Shown here: positions 1-13,260 of the stretch, piece by piece | Numbering within the stretch: position 1 is the first letter of the stretch | Layout: the number at the start of each line of letters is the position of its first letter | Source: Octopus vulgaris | Lineage: Eukaryota | NCBI GenBank assembly: GCA_951406725.2 | Contig: OX597821.1 | Span: 70,556,001 to 70,620,000, forward strand | DNA length: 64,000 nt | Direction: 5' to 3' | The notes under the pieces: generated by a model | Seen by the model: the letters and a program-made list of their open reading frames with translations, nothing else | Told to the model about the DNA's origin: nothing | The model's database searches: none | Made by a program: the position numbers and the translations under genes

Positions 1-1261
1 TATTCACCACTGAACCCTTATATAAAAGATTGGGGTCGACAAAGGGCAACACAATACAAAAAGATTGGGATTTAATCGTGTAAGAAGGTAATAACAGTAA
101 AATCATAACAAATAAATCCCCAAAGAGAGAGAGGTTTCCAAGGGCTGCTCGTGAAAACCCTGCAAAAACCATAATCGTCCTGACTTCGATCTAGAGGCGC
201 ATGCTTAAAGTTCACTCTCGCCATTCCCGCTACATTCACCCATCGTCACTCATACCCTCAACTAGCCCACTATAGAAATCTTGGTACTGGTTCTCATGGC
301 TTCTGATTACAACTGATTGGAAGTGTTATCATGTACATGTTTTGTCTTGGTATAAAAGATGGGCTACAACAAATATTCTGCCCAATACCACAGATTTGCT
401 TATCAGTTGCTTAACTTTTACCAGTTGAACATTTCCCTTAAATGTTGACGATATGTGCATCTCTAATCACAAGCAGAAGTAGTGGGGGTAGCATCATAGC
501 CATGTGTTGAGAGGAATTCTTTGGGGTTTGGATAATTCACCTTTGGAAACGTGGGTATTTCGTTCCACATCCTCGGAACAACCCTTGTTCAAAGACCTTT
601 TGAGTGAGATGGGTTACTCGACCAGAAGAAAATTCTAACTAGGGTCTACTTGCATTAAGCTGTTTATCTTGATATGAGATCACCATGTAACGCACTTATG
701 GTGATTGGTATAGCTTTCAATCTCTAAATTGGGAGCTGAACCTCCCAGGATGTAGCATATATATATATATATATTTTGCATATTTTTCGCCTCGTCTCTC
801 TGGAGAGTAGAGCCTCAGTTCTTCTAGCCTTTCCGAATAGCTCATTTGTTGCACCGAATCAATCTTCTTTGTGTATTGGCGTTAGATTGTCTCTGGTATA
901 TTCGTACAAACACACACGCACACACACATGCTAGTATGTGTGTATACAGCCCCACACGACTGGTAGCCTATCAGCAGATAGGTTCTCTATTGTATCTCTA
1001 AGCCCCTGTGGCAAATGAGCAATTATTATTATTATTGTCACCCATCTTGTTTTTCTTGTTATTGCTGCTGTTAATGCAACGGTTTTATATTTCTGCTTGT
1101 TTCGTATAAATTCTTTTTAATAATATTCTAATTGCTGCAACCAGCCCACACAGATTGTTGTTTAAGTTAACTGCTCGAAATTGATTCGGTTCACCTATCA
1201 AAATGTCATGTATCATCATCATCATCATGATTATTATTATTATTATTATCATTATTCAGTA

Positions 1262-1595
1262 GTTTTATTTTTATAGCGTGCTTTCACTTCACTACCGAGC
1301 GCAGCTCTGTGTGCCTTGGGTATGTGCTGTAATTTGTTGTGATGCTCTGATGGTTATTGTATGGAAAGTGTTCTGCGTAGGATGTGTGCAGTGCCTAGTA
1401 GTACAATTTTCTGTATGTTATATGTGTTTGTAAGTCCTGGTGTTTTTGTTATGTATTTATCTGAATATTTTTTTTATCATGCCTAATGCACCTACTATGA
1501 TAGGAATTGTTTCTGCTTTTCAGATTCCACATTCTAGTTACCTCTATTTCCAGGTCTTAGTATTTTGAGAGTTTCTCCATTTCTTTTAGAGACAC
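1262..1595 (-). mobile_element. 3' fragment of R4/Dong-type RLE non-LTR retrotransposon
   Basis: Minus strand reads SLKEMEKLSKY*DLEIEVTRMWNLKAETIPIIVGALGMIK, homologous to the C-terminus of the 17192-18286 ORF; flanked by (TTA)n on both sides. Confidence 0.8.
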
Positions 1596-1641
<46 letters not shown>

Positions 1642-2303
1642 ATAATTATTATTATTATTACTATTATTATTGGTGTTATTGATGTTGCTGTTGTTGTTGA
1701 CGAAGTACTTGTTCTACACGTTCCTCCTCCTCCTCCTCCTCCTCCCGCTAACATCTAGCTTTGAAATAGCGTTCCTTCTTGAGTGTGCTTCGTGGCGCTG
1801 CACTTTGGGAGGCAGCTGTTTGAGAGGCAGAGGAAGAGAGAGAATAAGGGGAAAGAGAAGGGGGGGGGAATGTCAGTGCACATTATGTTAAGACATGCAA
1901 CTGCAGCTGCCCTTTTAAATTGCATCAGTGTTCCCAACAAGCCTTCTCCAGTTCTGGACCTTCATTCGAGATACAATTATTTTCCTTGATAAAGAAATAT
2001 TCTTTCTTAATTCTTTTTAATTTTTCTTATTTCTTGTACACAAGTTCCTTCTTGTGTGTGTATGTGTGTGTGTGCGTGCGTGAGTATGTGTGTGTGTCTG
2101 TGTGCACGTGTGTCTGTCTGTATGCGTGTGTGTGCGTGTGTGTGTGTGCAAGTGTGTGCACGTATGTATGTTTTTATACATATGTGTGCATGTTAATATA
2201 TTCACATTTATGGTTACTTTCTTATGCATATTTACGGAAATCTATAAATTTTACGTATTGCACATAGATTTCTATTTTCTCCGTATTTATCTCTATATGA
2301 ATG

Positions 2304-2346
<43 letters not shown>

Positions 2347-2351
<5 letters not shown>

Positions 2352-2636
2352 ATCCAAACAAGAAAGCACAAAAAAATACAACAACGCGAGGACGTGGAAC
2401 AAATATAGTATTATTATATATATATCAAAATGTGACCTCGTGTGTACCGTTGGCGATTTTTTTCCTTTTGTCTTCCCTTCTCTGGATCTTTCTTTCTCCT
2501 ATGTTTCCAACGAAGAGCTCCGATCGAAACGTTAAACCCTCCTTCTTCCCTTCTTTCCTGAGCGTCCAATAATACTATATTTGTTCCACGTCTTCGCGTT
2601 GTTGTATTTTTTTTGTGCTTTCTTGTTTGGATTAAC

Positions 2637-2638
<2 letters not shown>
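2347..2638 (+). mobile_element. Penelope-type hammerhead-bearing mini-element (family 1) with an inverted partial copy upstream
   Basis: 2430-2638 is homologous to 41400-41600 and 63715-63912; 2347-2416 is the reverse complement of 2570-2638; both outer ends abut (TA)n. Confidence 0.7.
2503..2537 (+). ncRNA. Degenerate minimal hammerhead ribozyme motif
   Basis: GTTT-CCAACGA-A-GAGC TCC GATC-GAAAC-GTT-AAAC; stem I GTTT/AAAC; core and stem II each carry a mutation. Confidence 0.5.
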
Positions 2639-2699
<61 letters not shown>

Positions 2700-2706
2700 T
2701 TATATG

Positions 2707-2794
<88 letters not shown>

Positions 2795-3509
2795 CAAGTG
2801 TACATATATTCAAAGATATATACATACATATATATATGTGTGTGTGTGTGTGTTTATGTATATACACAAGTGGCGGGTGCTTGTGTGCAAGTGTTTGTGT
2901 ACCCGTGTTTGTGTGTAGTCATTTACATCTTCAGATTTTACCGCCATGAATTCTCTCTACATTACCTCAAAAGTCAGACGAAGCGAATGGCCCCGTAGGT
3001 GTACGGTAATGATAAATATCGATGTGTCGCTGTTATTTCAAGTCTTCGAATACCCGAGTCACCTCGAAACGAATCAGAATGGCTGGGTTGAGGTATTTTT
3101 TCCAGATTGCCTAAAATCTGCTGATGTGCAACAACCCCGTACAAGTAAAACGAACTCAGATTTTGACATTAATGATGTAAATATCACCGATGTCACATCC
3201 ATAATGTATGTGGTTTATTTATACGCTGATAGCTGCGGTTTAGTATGAGAAGGAAAGTTCCTTTCAAGCGTTGTTTTAAAAAACACTGAATACTACAAAC
3301 GAAATAATGATATCCACCGCTCTCGTTCATTTTCGCGGCAATTCATTTCCTCTGATTTTGTTAACATCCAACGCCTTAAAAAGACTTACCCTGGACAAAT
3401 CCTGCAGCCTATAAGCGTATAAACGAAACGCATACATTAAGTATGCAATATCACGCTATCAGGGCTGCTTTTAATTCAATAAATATATGTGTGTGTTTGT
3501 GTGTGTGTG

Positions 3510-3584
<75 letters not shown>

Positions 3585-3674
3585 ATATATATATATATAT
3601 ATACATACATACATACATGCATACATGCATATATGCATACATACATATATATATGTATATATATATATGCATAC

Positions 3675-3709
<35 letters not shown>

Positions 3710-4023
3710 CACAAACACACACGCACACACTCACATACACGCTCACACACACACACACACACACACATATATGATCCAGTAAATAATAATAATTGTATTT
3801 TTTATATGGGCTTAAATCTTATGGCGATCACATCATACATACACATCACATCATACATACATACATACATACACACGTCCAGACCTTTCATACGCACCAC
3901 ATACTCTCTCATACACACACGCACCCTTATGTTGGGGCGAAGTCATTTGACCCTGTTATCTCCCCTATTTTCGCTCATGCGTCTCACGTTTGATCTCTGA
4001 CTTCTGGCCAGAATCGCCATGTT

Positions 4024-4222
4024 GAATCGCTAGCTTCTGCACGCATTTTTTTCTGTCCTTGTTTCTCTCCGTGTTTCTTTTCTGTGTATCTTTCTGTTGA
4101 AGAGCGTAGGCTCGAAACGTAAAAGGCTTGTTTTATTTATATTCCTGAGCGCCATACTAATACAATTGTTTGTTTGTACTCCACCTGCCTTCGTCTTTTG
4201 TTTATTTTCATAAAGCTTCCCG

Positions 4223-4225
<3 letters not shown>
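4024..4225 (+). mobile_element. Penelope-type hammerhead-bearing mini-element (family 2)
   Basis: Near-identical inverted copy at 6172-6380 and a related copy at 61700-61916; 3' end CTTCCCGTTA joins (TA)n. Confidence 0.75.
4089..4126 (+). ncRNA. Minimal type I hammerhead ribozyme motif, CUGUUGA core variant
   Basis: TCTTT-CTGTTGA-A-GAGC GTAG GCTC-GAAAC-GTA-AAAGG; stems I and II present, palindromic ACGT stem III. Confidence 0.6.
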
Positions 4226-4259
<34 letters not shown>

Positions 4260-4299
4260 TATTCGTCATGTTGGAGCACTCAACTCAACGCGTTTATTT

Positions 4300-4462
4300 T
4301 TTTCATTCTATTTCTGTTTATTTTCTCTTGTTCCTTTCCTTTGAAGAGCGTATGCACGAAACGTAAAATACTTTTCTATTTTTCCTGAGCGTCAAACTAA
4401 TATACTTGCTTGTTGTTCCTACACCTGTCTTCGTATTTGTTTTTCTATAAATTTGAACTTTA
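4300..4462 (+). mobile_element. Diverged family-2-related hammerhead mini-element
   Basis: CTTT-CCTTTGA-AGAGCGTATGCAC-GAAACGTA-AAA followed by the shared CTGAGCG..CTAATA tail; ends in a TA/TG repeat. Confidence 0.6.
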
Positions 4463-5554
4463 TATATGTATGTGCGTGCATGTATGTGTGTGTGCGAATA
4501 AAGTAAGTGAAAAAAGTAACGTGACTTTGATTTTGGCTTGATGGACAAACGCCGTTTATCATGGCCTTGGTTCGACACACTGAAATTGGGTCGACGGGAA
4601 ACTGTATGGAAGCCCGTCGTATCGACCGTAACCTATAATTAAAATATCCGATCTTTTCCTCCACCATGTCACAGTGATTCACACTGATTCCGTCTGATAG
4701 CTTCGTTAAGCGCACACGTTTCTGTGGGACACACGTCTACATAAGGGACAGATAGTTGACCTGGGTCAAACATTTGAGCACTCATCGTCAAACTGACGAA
4801 GATCCATTTAGTCAGAGAGAGGCAACAATCATCCAAAATACCAACAGAAAAGCGGCAACGGCAGCTGCAGTTGCATTTCTTAATAAGAAAATGCATTGAA
4901 TCTCTCTCTCTGCTTTTCCTTCTCCGTTTTCCTCCTCTTTCTTTCTCTTTCTTCTCTCTTTCTAACAGCTGTAGCTTAAAGAACAACAGCAGGATGCAAC
5001 GACATGATGCAAATGCAGTTTTAAAACGTTCCAAGACTGCGTCCTCACAGCACTTGACCTCTTGAGGATTCAGAATCTCAGCCCTGAATAAGTCTTCAAA
5101 ATTCACTTCAACTATTTTAGCTCAACTCACTGACTTCTACCCCCACCCCCACCCCCACTACCACCACTGAATTCGGTTCAATAACTCCCAAATGCTCCTC
5201 AAACAAAAATTTTGAAAAACATACACAACAACGAAAACAACATTACGAGAAAGCTTCTGCCTGGTCGTCTAACTTGCTCGAAATAACACCTAAACATTGT
5301 TAAAGAGTTATTTCTAAAATCTATATTGGAGTCAAATCTATATTAGAATAAAAGTATTAAAAGAGATATTGTCGCTTGAGCGATTTCGATCGTAATTCTG
5401 CTCAGTCAATTGTGACCTGAGAGTACATCAACTCAACAAAGAACTGAAATGAGTCGATTGGGCGCAGCTGTTTAGCCACTGAGGATCTGGCACGTATGAC
5501 TGGATGTTCAATCTATTCTGACGATCGCAGCGGTAACCTTTCGAAATTTAAGCA

Positions 5555-5707
5555 AAGCTGTGTGGTTAAGAAACTAGCTTTGCAACCATGTGGTTCCCAG
5601 CTCAGTCCTGCCCCGCAACTCACTGGAAAAGTGTTTTCTACTTAGATCCCGGGCACGCCAATACTTTTTGAGAGAATTTGATAGACGGGAATTCTATGGA
5701 TAGTCGG

Positions 5708-5710
<3 letters not shown>
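5555..5710 (+). mobile_element. Degraded tRNA-derived SINE head (family A)
   Basis: GCTGTGTGGTTAAGAAACTAGCTT..CCATGTGGTTCC..CAGTCC..GATAGACGG resembles the 5' part of the SINE at 18995-19388. Confidence 0.55.
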
Positions 5711-5757
<47 letters not shown>

Positions 5758-5779
5758 TATGTATATATTAGTCTATATT

Positions 5780-5965
5780 GACCGCCAACTCCAAGAGTTT
5801 TTTTTTTTATTCTCTCTCTGCTTATTTCTTCGTGTTCCTTTCTGTTGAAGAGCGTAGCCTTGAAATTAAAAAGTTTTTTCACCTTCACGAGCATCAAACT
5901 AATACACCTGCTTGTTGTTTATAAACCTGTCTTCGTCTTTTGTTCTTCTGTAAATTTCAACTATA
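5780..5965 (+). mobile_element. Diverged family-2-related hammerhead mini-element
   Basis: CTTT-CTGTTGA-AGAGCGTAGCCTT-GAAAT at 5838-5866; shared 3' tail; ends at (TA)n. Confidence 0.6.
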
Positions 5966-5974
5966 TGTATACAT

Positions 5975-6090
<116 letters not shown>

Positions 6091-6100
6091 ACACACACAG

Positions 6101-6171
<71 letters not shown>

Positions 6172-6176
<5 letters not shown>

Positions 6177-6380
6177 CGGGAAGCTTTATGAAAATAAACA
6201 AAAGACGAAGGCAGGTGGAATACAAACAAACAATTGTATTAGTATGGCGCTCAGGAATATAAATAAAACAAGTCTTTTACGTTTCGAGCCTACGCTCTTC
6301 AACAGAAAGATACACAGAAAAGAAACACAGAAAGAAACAAGGAGAGAAAAAAATGCGTGCAGAGGCTAGCGAATCAACAT
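6172..6380 (-). mobile_element. Penelope-type hammerhead-bearing mini-element (family 2)
   Basis: Reverse complement of 4024-4225 with few differences; hammerhead motif at 6273-6310 with perfect TCTTT/AAAGA stem I. Confidence 0.75.
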
Positions 6381-7119
6381 ATATATACATGTACCCAGAC
6401 ATATATATATATGGGGAGGGTGAGTATCATTATATTTGTGATCGCCCACCCGACCACTTGACAACTAGTGCTGGGTAATTTTTTACGTCACCGTAACTTA
6501 GCGGTTCGGCAAGTGAGACACGATAGTATAAGTAATGACGTCGTTTCGTTCGACTAAATTCTCCAGTACGGTGTCCAAGAAGGCATACTCATTAAAAAAC
6601 ATAACCACGGATAAATATCCTTTAGAAAGAAGACAAAACACAAGAAAGAAGAAAAAATTAAATTTTTCCACAAAACAACAACAAAAAAAAAGACAGATAC
6701 ATCAAACATAATTCGAGAACTTAAGTAATAGTCTTGCTCCTGGGTTTCGAAACCGCAACTCCACATCACTATACAATAACGCCATACACCTTCTGAAATA
6801 CTAGTTGCTGACGCCGTCTATCTCTAGACTAATGAAATTTTACCTCCGATCAGAACAGGACCCTCAGTTAAAAAACAAACTGATCCCTTAAGAGAATCAA
6901 CCAACCGGAACGGTTGATGACTGTTCCCTACAGGAAAGTCAAGTAAACAGAACGCCAAATTTGACCACCAGAAAGAATAAGACGTCATCAGAATTATAAC
7001 GAATCAAAAATTCGATCCGTCCACGGAAAAACATATATTCACTGATTCCAAGACACTCCGTTAAAAGTGAAAAGCCGTGTACGCGACAGAAAGAAAAAAA
7101 ACAGAAGATATTTTACTCT

Positions 7120-7176
<57 letters not shown>

Positions 7177-7433
7177 CCACGTATTCTGTAATAAACCCAG
7201 TATGACCGAACTTTTGATAATCCACATATTCTATATTCTTCGCCGATCATTTTTGATATTATTTACTCTTGTCATAGAATTCTGTGAACATTTAATCATT
7301 TAATCATTGAAACATGTTTTCTATTTCACAATTTTAAATTGTTAAAACTACTTTGGTATGTTTGTAAATAAATTTATTTAAAAACAATTACAAGTTTTCC
7401 AAATTCAGTTGCATTTTCCAAAACAAATTCTCT

Positions 7434-7478
<45 letters not shown>

Positions 7479-7603
7479 ATGTATATATATAAGTGTATGT
7501 ATATGTTTGTATATATGTATATATATGTGTATATATTTATATGTATATATTTATATATGTATGTAGTTATGTATATATATATGTGTATATATTTATATGT
7601 AAG

Positions 7604-7683
<80 letters not shown>

Positions 7684-7684
7684 A

Positions 7685-7890
7685 CCATTATTATAATTGG
7701 AGCAACAGGATATATACCGGCCCGTCTGGAGCAAAGTATAGCAGAACTTATGATCCTGGGAAGAGAATGCATGTACTTAATTCATTGACTACAAATGACC
7801 AGGAAATCTGGGACTAAAAACCTGCAACCGTTCTTAAGAGTTAATGGATGACTGTTAAGACAAGGTGCTTTCCTTTATAACCCTGCGACT
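7685..7890 (+). mobile_element. Decayed 3' end of an RLE-type LINE
   Basis: Translates to ..[20 protein letters not shown].., similar to the PVIVGALG tail of RLE LINEs. Confidence 0.45.
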
Positions 7891-8163
7891 AAGTTGGAGG
7901 ACGGTCAAGATTTAGTCTAAGGTAAAAAGAGAAAGAGAACAAACATTCATACATACATGCATATATACATACATACATGCATACATACATGCATACATAC
8001 ATATATACATACATGCATACATACATGTATACATACATGCATACATACATATGTACATACATACATAAATACATACATACATACATGCATACATACATAC
8101 ATACATACATACATACATACATACATACATGCATACATACATACATACATGCATACATACATG

Positions 8164-8195
<32 letters not shown>

Positions 8196-9382
8196 CATAC
8201 ATAGATGCATGCGTACATATACACTTGCATACATGCATACATATACACATGCATATATATATATACATGCATGCATACATACATATATACATGCTTACAT
8301 ACATACATGCATTTTATGTCTTTTGTTTTGCTTTTTGTTTTTGATTATTTTCTTTTAATCAGTGAAAATACACAACCCAGTGCTGTTACCAGGATGCGAA
8401 ACCGACGACCTCTCGATTGATCGTCCGATACCGTATCGACAGAACAACCTTCCACAACTGTTCTTGCAGTGACATTACACAACAAGCAAAGCAAGCGACT
8501 TCCTGTAAAGGATTCTCGCAAACGGCAACGAGTCTTTGTCACTTGCGCGGCTTCGCGTTTTCCTTCCTTCCTTGCACAGGTCTGATCTGTGTTCAGCGAA
8601 GCGTAACATTAATGATCTGTAGCCGAGTTGTGTTAGCAAAAAGATATCATTTTCAACAGCTCCATTCAGTCGGATAATGAAACACTACAATGGAGGACTT
8701 TCTTATACGAGGCGTGTGTGTGTGTGTGTGTGTGTGCGTGCGCGCGCGCTTGTTTACATACATATAAACACACACGCATGCAAACAGGCATGAAACATAC
8801 ATGCATACACACAAGTATACAAACATGCACGCACGCAAACACGCAGACACAAACACGCACACACACACACACACACGCGCGCACACACATATATATATAC
8901 ATATATAAACATATATAAACACTTCAATGGCTTTCGTAATTTTCTTATTTTCGATACTACACCCCCTCCTCCCCCCCCGTTAATTCTATTTGAATATAGC
9001 AACAAGAAAAACCAACAACAAAAAGCAACATTGACAATCACAGCAGCAGCAACAACAACAGCAACAACAACAACAACGATGTGACAAAACAAGCAAACAG
9101 TGGAAAGCTTCAACTACAAACTACGATAACAATTCACATTTTGGCTTCTATGTCGTTTGTTGTTGTTGCTGCTGCTGTTGCTGGTGGCGGTGGGAGTGGT
9201 GGTGGTGGTGGTGGTGGTGGTGGTAGTGGTGGTTGTGGTGGCGACGGCGGCGGCGGTGGTGATGACGTTCGCGGTTGGTGGGGACGTTTGTTGGTGATTA
9301 TGTTGATAATGATGATGTTGATAGAGAGGAAACAGTAAGTAGTTGAAAGTGATGAGGATAAAGAAGTGGAGACGAAAGAGAA

Positions 9383-9913
9383 TTAGAAGAAGGAGGCGGA
9401 AAGGGAACTGATTTTTTGCAGCGGGATTTTAATAAACCTTATGTCGGCTAAACCTACACAGCCCCACCTTACATCTAAAACTTCATTCCAATCCTCCACT
9501 AACACTAAAGAGCGGAACTTTCCCAGGAAAATTTCCAGACATCTGAAGAAATCTGGTCGTTCTGCCCCTGTTGGGGCATAGACGGCTACTAGCCTGAAAG
9601 TATGTCCTTCGCAGTCTGTCACGTTCACCGACCACCGAATTTACCTTCCGGATCCAGGAAGATCGTCCGTATTGCAATACCAGATTTTTCCGAACCACCA
9701 CGGCGACTCTGCCGCCCGCTCCCGGACGACTTGGAGATGCGTACACCTCATAGTCACCGAAAATGGGTTGGAAGTCCCGTGAGTCGGAAATTCTGGTCTC
9801 ACTAATGGCTGCCACGTCGAGATTCAATTCCCTGATGTCGTTGGGCAGGTGACCCAGCTTCCAAGCGACCCCAGGCCACGTACATTCACGCTGCCTATTC
9901 TGTACACGACCAT
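9383..9913 (-). pseudogene. L1/Tx1-clade ORF2 AP-endonuclease fragment (frameshifted)
   Basis: MVVYRIGSVNVRGL..LDVAAISETR..RVAVVVRK..FRLVAVYAP..LVLVEDWN are EEP/APE motifs (NVRG, ET, VYAP, GDFN-like). Confidence 0.85.
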
Positions 9914-10079
9914 GTTGTCGAAAAACGAAAAGAAAAGGAAAGCTTATTTGGTTTTGTTTAGAGAGGTGGATTGCCCGTCCCTCCTTTTGATGAAGAATTC
10001 TCTTTTGATTGATTCTAGTTTCAGCTCACGAGCTGTGGCCATGCTGGGCCACCGCCATTTTTATTGTTTTAGCTTTTGA

Positions 10080-10280
10080 ATGACGCCACCCCGCTGGCTA
10101 AGCGAGCAGGCCAACAGAAGAAAGAGTGGGAGAAAGAGTGGTGAAAGAGTACAGCAGGGATCACCACCCCCTGCCAGAGCCTCGTGGAGCTTTTTAGGTG
10201 ATTTCACTCAATAAACACACACAACGCCCGGTCTGGGAATCGAAACCGCGATACTCCGCTGCCCTAACCACTGGGCCATT
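10080..10280 (-). mobile_element. tRNA-derived SINE (family C)
   Basis: Minus strand TGGCCCAGTGGTTAGGGC (A box) and GGTTTCGATTCCC (B box). Confidence 0.7.
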
Positions 10281-10729
10281 GGTGACATTTCCTCGAAAAT
10301 CTTCGATTTCCTGTGGGAATTGGGTTTTTAAATGTGTGCATGTACTTTGTGTTGTTTGAATGATTTGTATGTGTGCAGGTTGAGAGATTGTGGATGTGAC
10401 AAAATCTTCTGCAGTAATGTTTGTGTGTGTCATTAGGTACTTCATTAATTCATTGTTTTTCGTGTGCTTATTGCCATGCAGTTTGTAATGTTAGTGTCTT
10501 TGTGTTTGCTGTTGCTGTTGTGGTTGTTGTGGTGGTGGTAGTGGTTGTGGTCGTGGTTGTGGTTGCCTGTGTGGGATGGCTTGTGTTTCGGGTGTTAGAG
10601 GCGGTGATTGTTTTGGATGTATTTATTTTTGTTGTTTTGCTTGTTTTCTTTGTACTTCTTGGGTGGAAGAGGCTTGTTTCTTGTCCATATGTTTGTTTTA
10701 CTTTCTGTCTCTTCATTTCTTTTTGTTTT

Positions 10730-11250
10730 TTTAGTTTTCATCTTCCACTCTTCATCGTCGTCCGACTCTCCACCTCTGATGTCCATCCGATCCGCATCGG
10801 GAAGTGTGGAATATCTTCGGGCGCTGAGAAGTGTTTGGGGGAAACTTGGTGTCGGTGTGGCTGTTAGTGTTGGTGCTGGTAGTACCAATGCTGAATCTGT
10901 TGACTGTGATGGTTCTGCTGCTGTTATCACTGGAGTTCTGGTAGCCGTTTTGGAGTAAGGGAGGTGAGCGGCCCGTCTCTCTTTTTCCTTCAGCCTCGGG
11001 CAGAAGGCTTTTAAATGGTTAGTCGAAAAAGAAATGTAGCACTTTGCTTTCCTTCCGTCTACCCTGACTGGACTAATGCTGCCTCCAGGAAGAAAGATCT
11101 GGTCCGGGATGAGATCCACATTCTTTTGTGTCATTTGTATGAAGAGTTCTATGGTTATCCCGGATCAGTTCTCTTGTTTGGTGTGATAGGCTTCGAGGAT
11201 TTTCGAGCTTTCCTCGATGTTTATCGACACGGCAGCATTTAGCAAAGAAA
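10730..11250 (-). pseudogene. L1/Tx1 ORF1 (gag-like) fragment
   Basis: IPDQIFLPGGSISPVRVDGRKAKCYISFSTNHLKAFCP is a degenerate CCHC knuckle followed by a P/T-rich linker; same strand as, and upstream of, the APE fragment. Confidence 0.65.
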
Positions 11251-11329
11251 CGGTTATTGCTGTCCCCTTCTCAAGAGTCTTACAGTCTTTATTAAGGAAT
11301 CTATTTCTTATTCATTCTTACTGAAAATA

Positions 11330-13260
11330 TTCAGATCATCCATGTAGAGCAAATGGTTAATTTTTCCATTACTATTTCTGACCTGTTATCCTGCCTTTGC
11401 CTTCCTTAATTCTAAACTGAGGGGGATCAAACAAAAGACAAATATTAAAGGGGACAACGAGTCACCCTGGATAATTCCTCTTTTGATATTAGCTTTCCCT
11501 AAGAGTGTGTCACCTGAATAGCGATGTTATTTCCATTTCTTCATGCTAAAACTAATTAATTCTCTTATGTTGTCTGCTATACCGAATATACTCAAATATT
11601 CACTTATCCATGTGTGTGAGACAATGTCAGAGGATTTCCTATAATCCATCCATGCTATTAGATTTTCTTCGTAGCTTTGACTTTATTTAGAACTGTTTTG
11701 TTTTTATGTAGTGGATCATGCATTCCTCTAGCCTTTTTGTTATTCTGAGAGTAAATTCTGCTTGTCAAGGTGCTCGTAAATACTTTCTGAAAGTATTCCT
11801 GTTAACAGCTTCCACTCTAATGGTAAGCAATTGATTGGTCTATAGTTGCTAGCTGTATTACTCTTGCTCTTATACTTCATAAGGAGTATTGTCCTCCCTT
11901 TAGTCATCCAATCTGGTATTATTCCTACATTAAGACAATCTTGGAGTTGTTCTTTCAGCCTCCCATGTAAACTACTGAATTTATTTAGCCAGTACCCCTG
12001 AACTAAATCTGGTCATGGGCCCTTCCGTTTCAGCATTTTCCTAACACTTTACTCTTTAATGCACTAGTTAGATTTGGCTGCTTCTCACTCACTATTTCTC
12101 CCCTCACTTTCTTTCACTATACTCCATCTCCATTATGATTGACTGGCTTATCCTAAATATTAGTCCAGAACTTTCTAGCTTCTTCTGCATTAGGTTTCTG
12201 GTCTTCAGTACTTCGTTCTCCACTATTTATTTGGTTATAAAATCTCTTCTGGTCTGTCTCAAATAATCTATTCTGTTAATACCGATCTATTCTTTTATGA
12301 TATCTGAATAGCTTACCTGCTACTGCTATGATAAGTTGTTTCAACTCTACTATGACTGTTCCAAATCTTTAACTAAGCATCTTTTCTCAAGAAAAGATTT
12401 GCATCTTGTGTTTCCTAAATTATTCAGTTTTCAGGCTACTATTCTACTCAGAACTCTTCCCTTTATTCTGTAATCTCCTTTTCCACATTTGCTCTTTTTT
12501 TTTATCTTTCATTGTGGAATATCTAATCTTCTAGTAACTGCAAACCCTCCTACATAAATCAATAAGTTAGTGTCTCGTATATTTTTAGTATCTATCCTAC
12601 TGATAGCAGAATCTATTCGCCTAGTCATTTCTTGTAACTTCCTTCTGTTGCTGCCTTTTAATGCTGGCAATCTTTTTCGTACTTCTTTACTCATTATTTC
12701 CTGCAACTCATCTAAAATCTTCTGATCTTCCTCACTTAAATCACTTAAGTCGTTGCTGCTAGTTGTCCCTTCCTTTTTGGTAGCACTATTATTATTTTTG
12801 CCTTTAGGTTCTTCTTTGGTTTGAGATGTATCTTTTATGTTGTTTGTCTTTCCTACTGCTTGGTCTTTCTTTTCCAGTTCTCTTGTGATCTTTTCTACCT
12901 TCAATTCTGTCATCCACTTTCTTCTCTTAATACCATTAGCTTGATCAACTAATCTCTGCTCAGTCACTTAAAACGTACCCTTCTCTACCCAAAGTGTTAA
13001 CATCCGTTTTCTATCGCTCCTTCTTTGAAATTCACTTTCCAAGTAGCACTGCATCACTATCCTGTTTTCTTCGTTGGTTCACTTCCTCCTCCTAGCTCTA
13101 TTATCTGTTGATGGTGTCTTAGGATAACAGCTGTTGTCAGTTTACATATTTACTGAACCACTGCCGAGCGAGAGGCCTTCGCTTAAAGGTTCAGCTTCAT
13201 TTACAGAGTTCCTACGGAAACTCCTGTCTCCCATAAACTGAGGTAATATAACGTTCCTCA
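11330..13260 (-). pseudogene. Decayed R4/Dong-type LINE (N-terminal domain and RT)
   Basis: Minus strand has TEQRLVDQANGIKRRKWMTELK, NYRPINCLPL.WKLLTGI, WMDYRK, RGIIQGDSLSPL and NHLLYMDDL, with many stops. Confidence 0.85.

Noticed and set aside
293-700. Complex sequence resembling an interspersed repeat
   Set aside because: No second copy in the window and no diagnostic motif, so it cannot be classified
2946-3400. ORF ending VYLYADSCG, faintly like a DNA-transposase DxC motif
   Set aside because: Too short and degenerate to support a call
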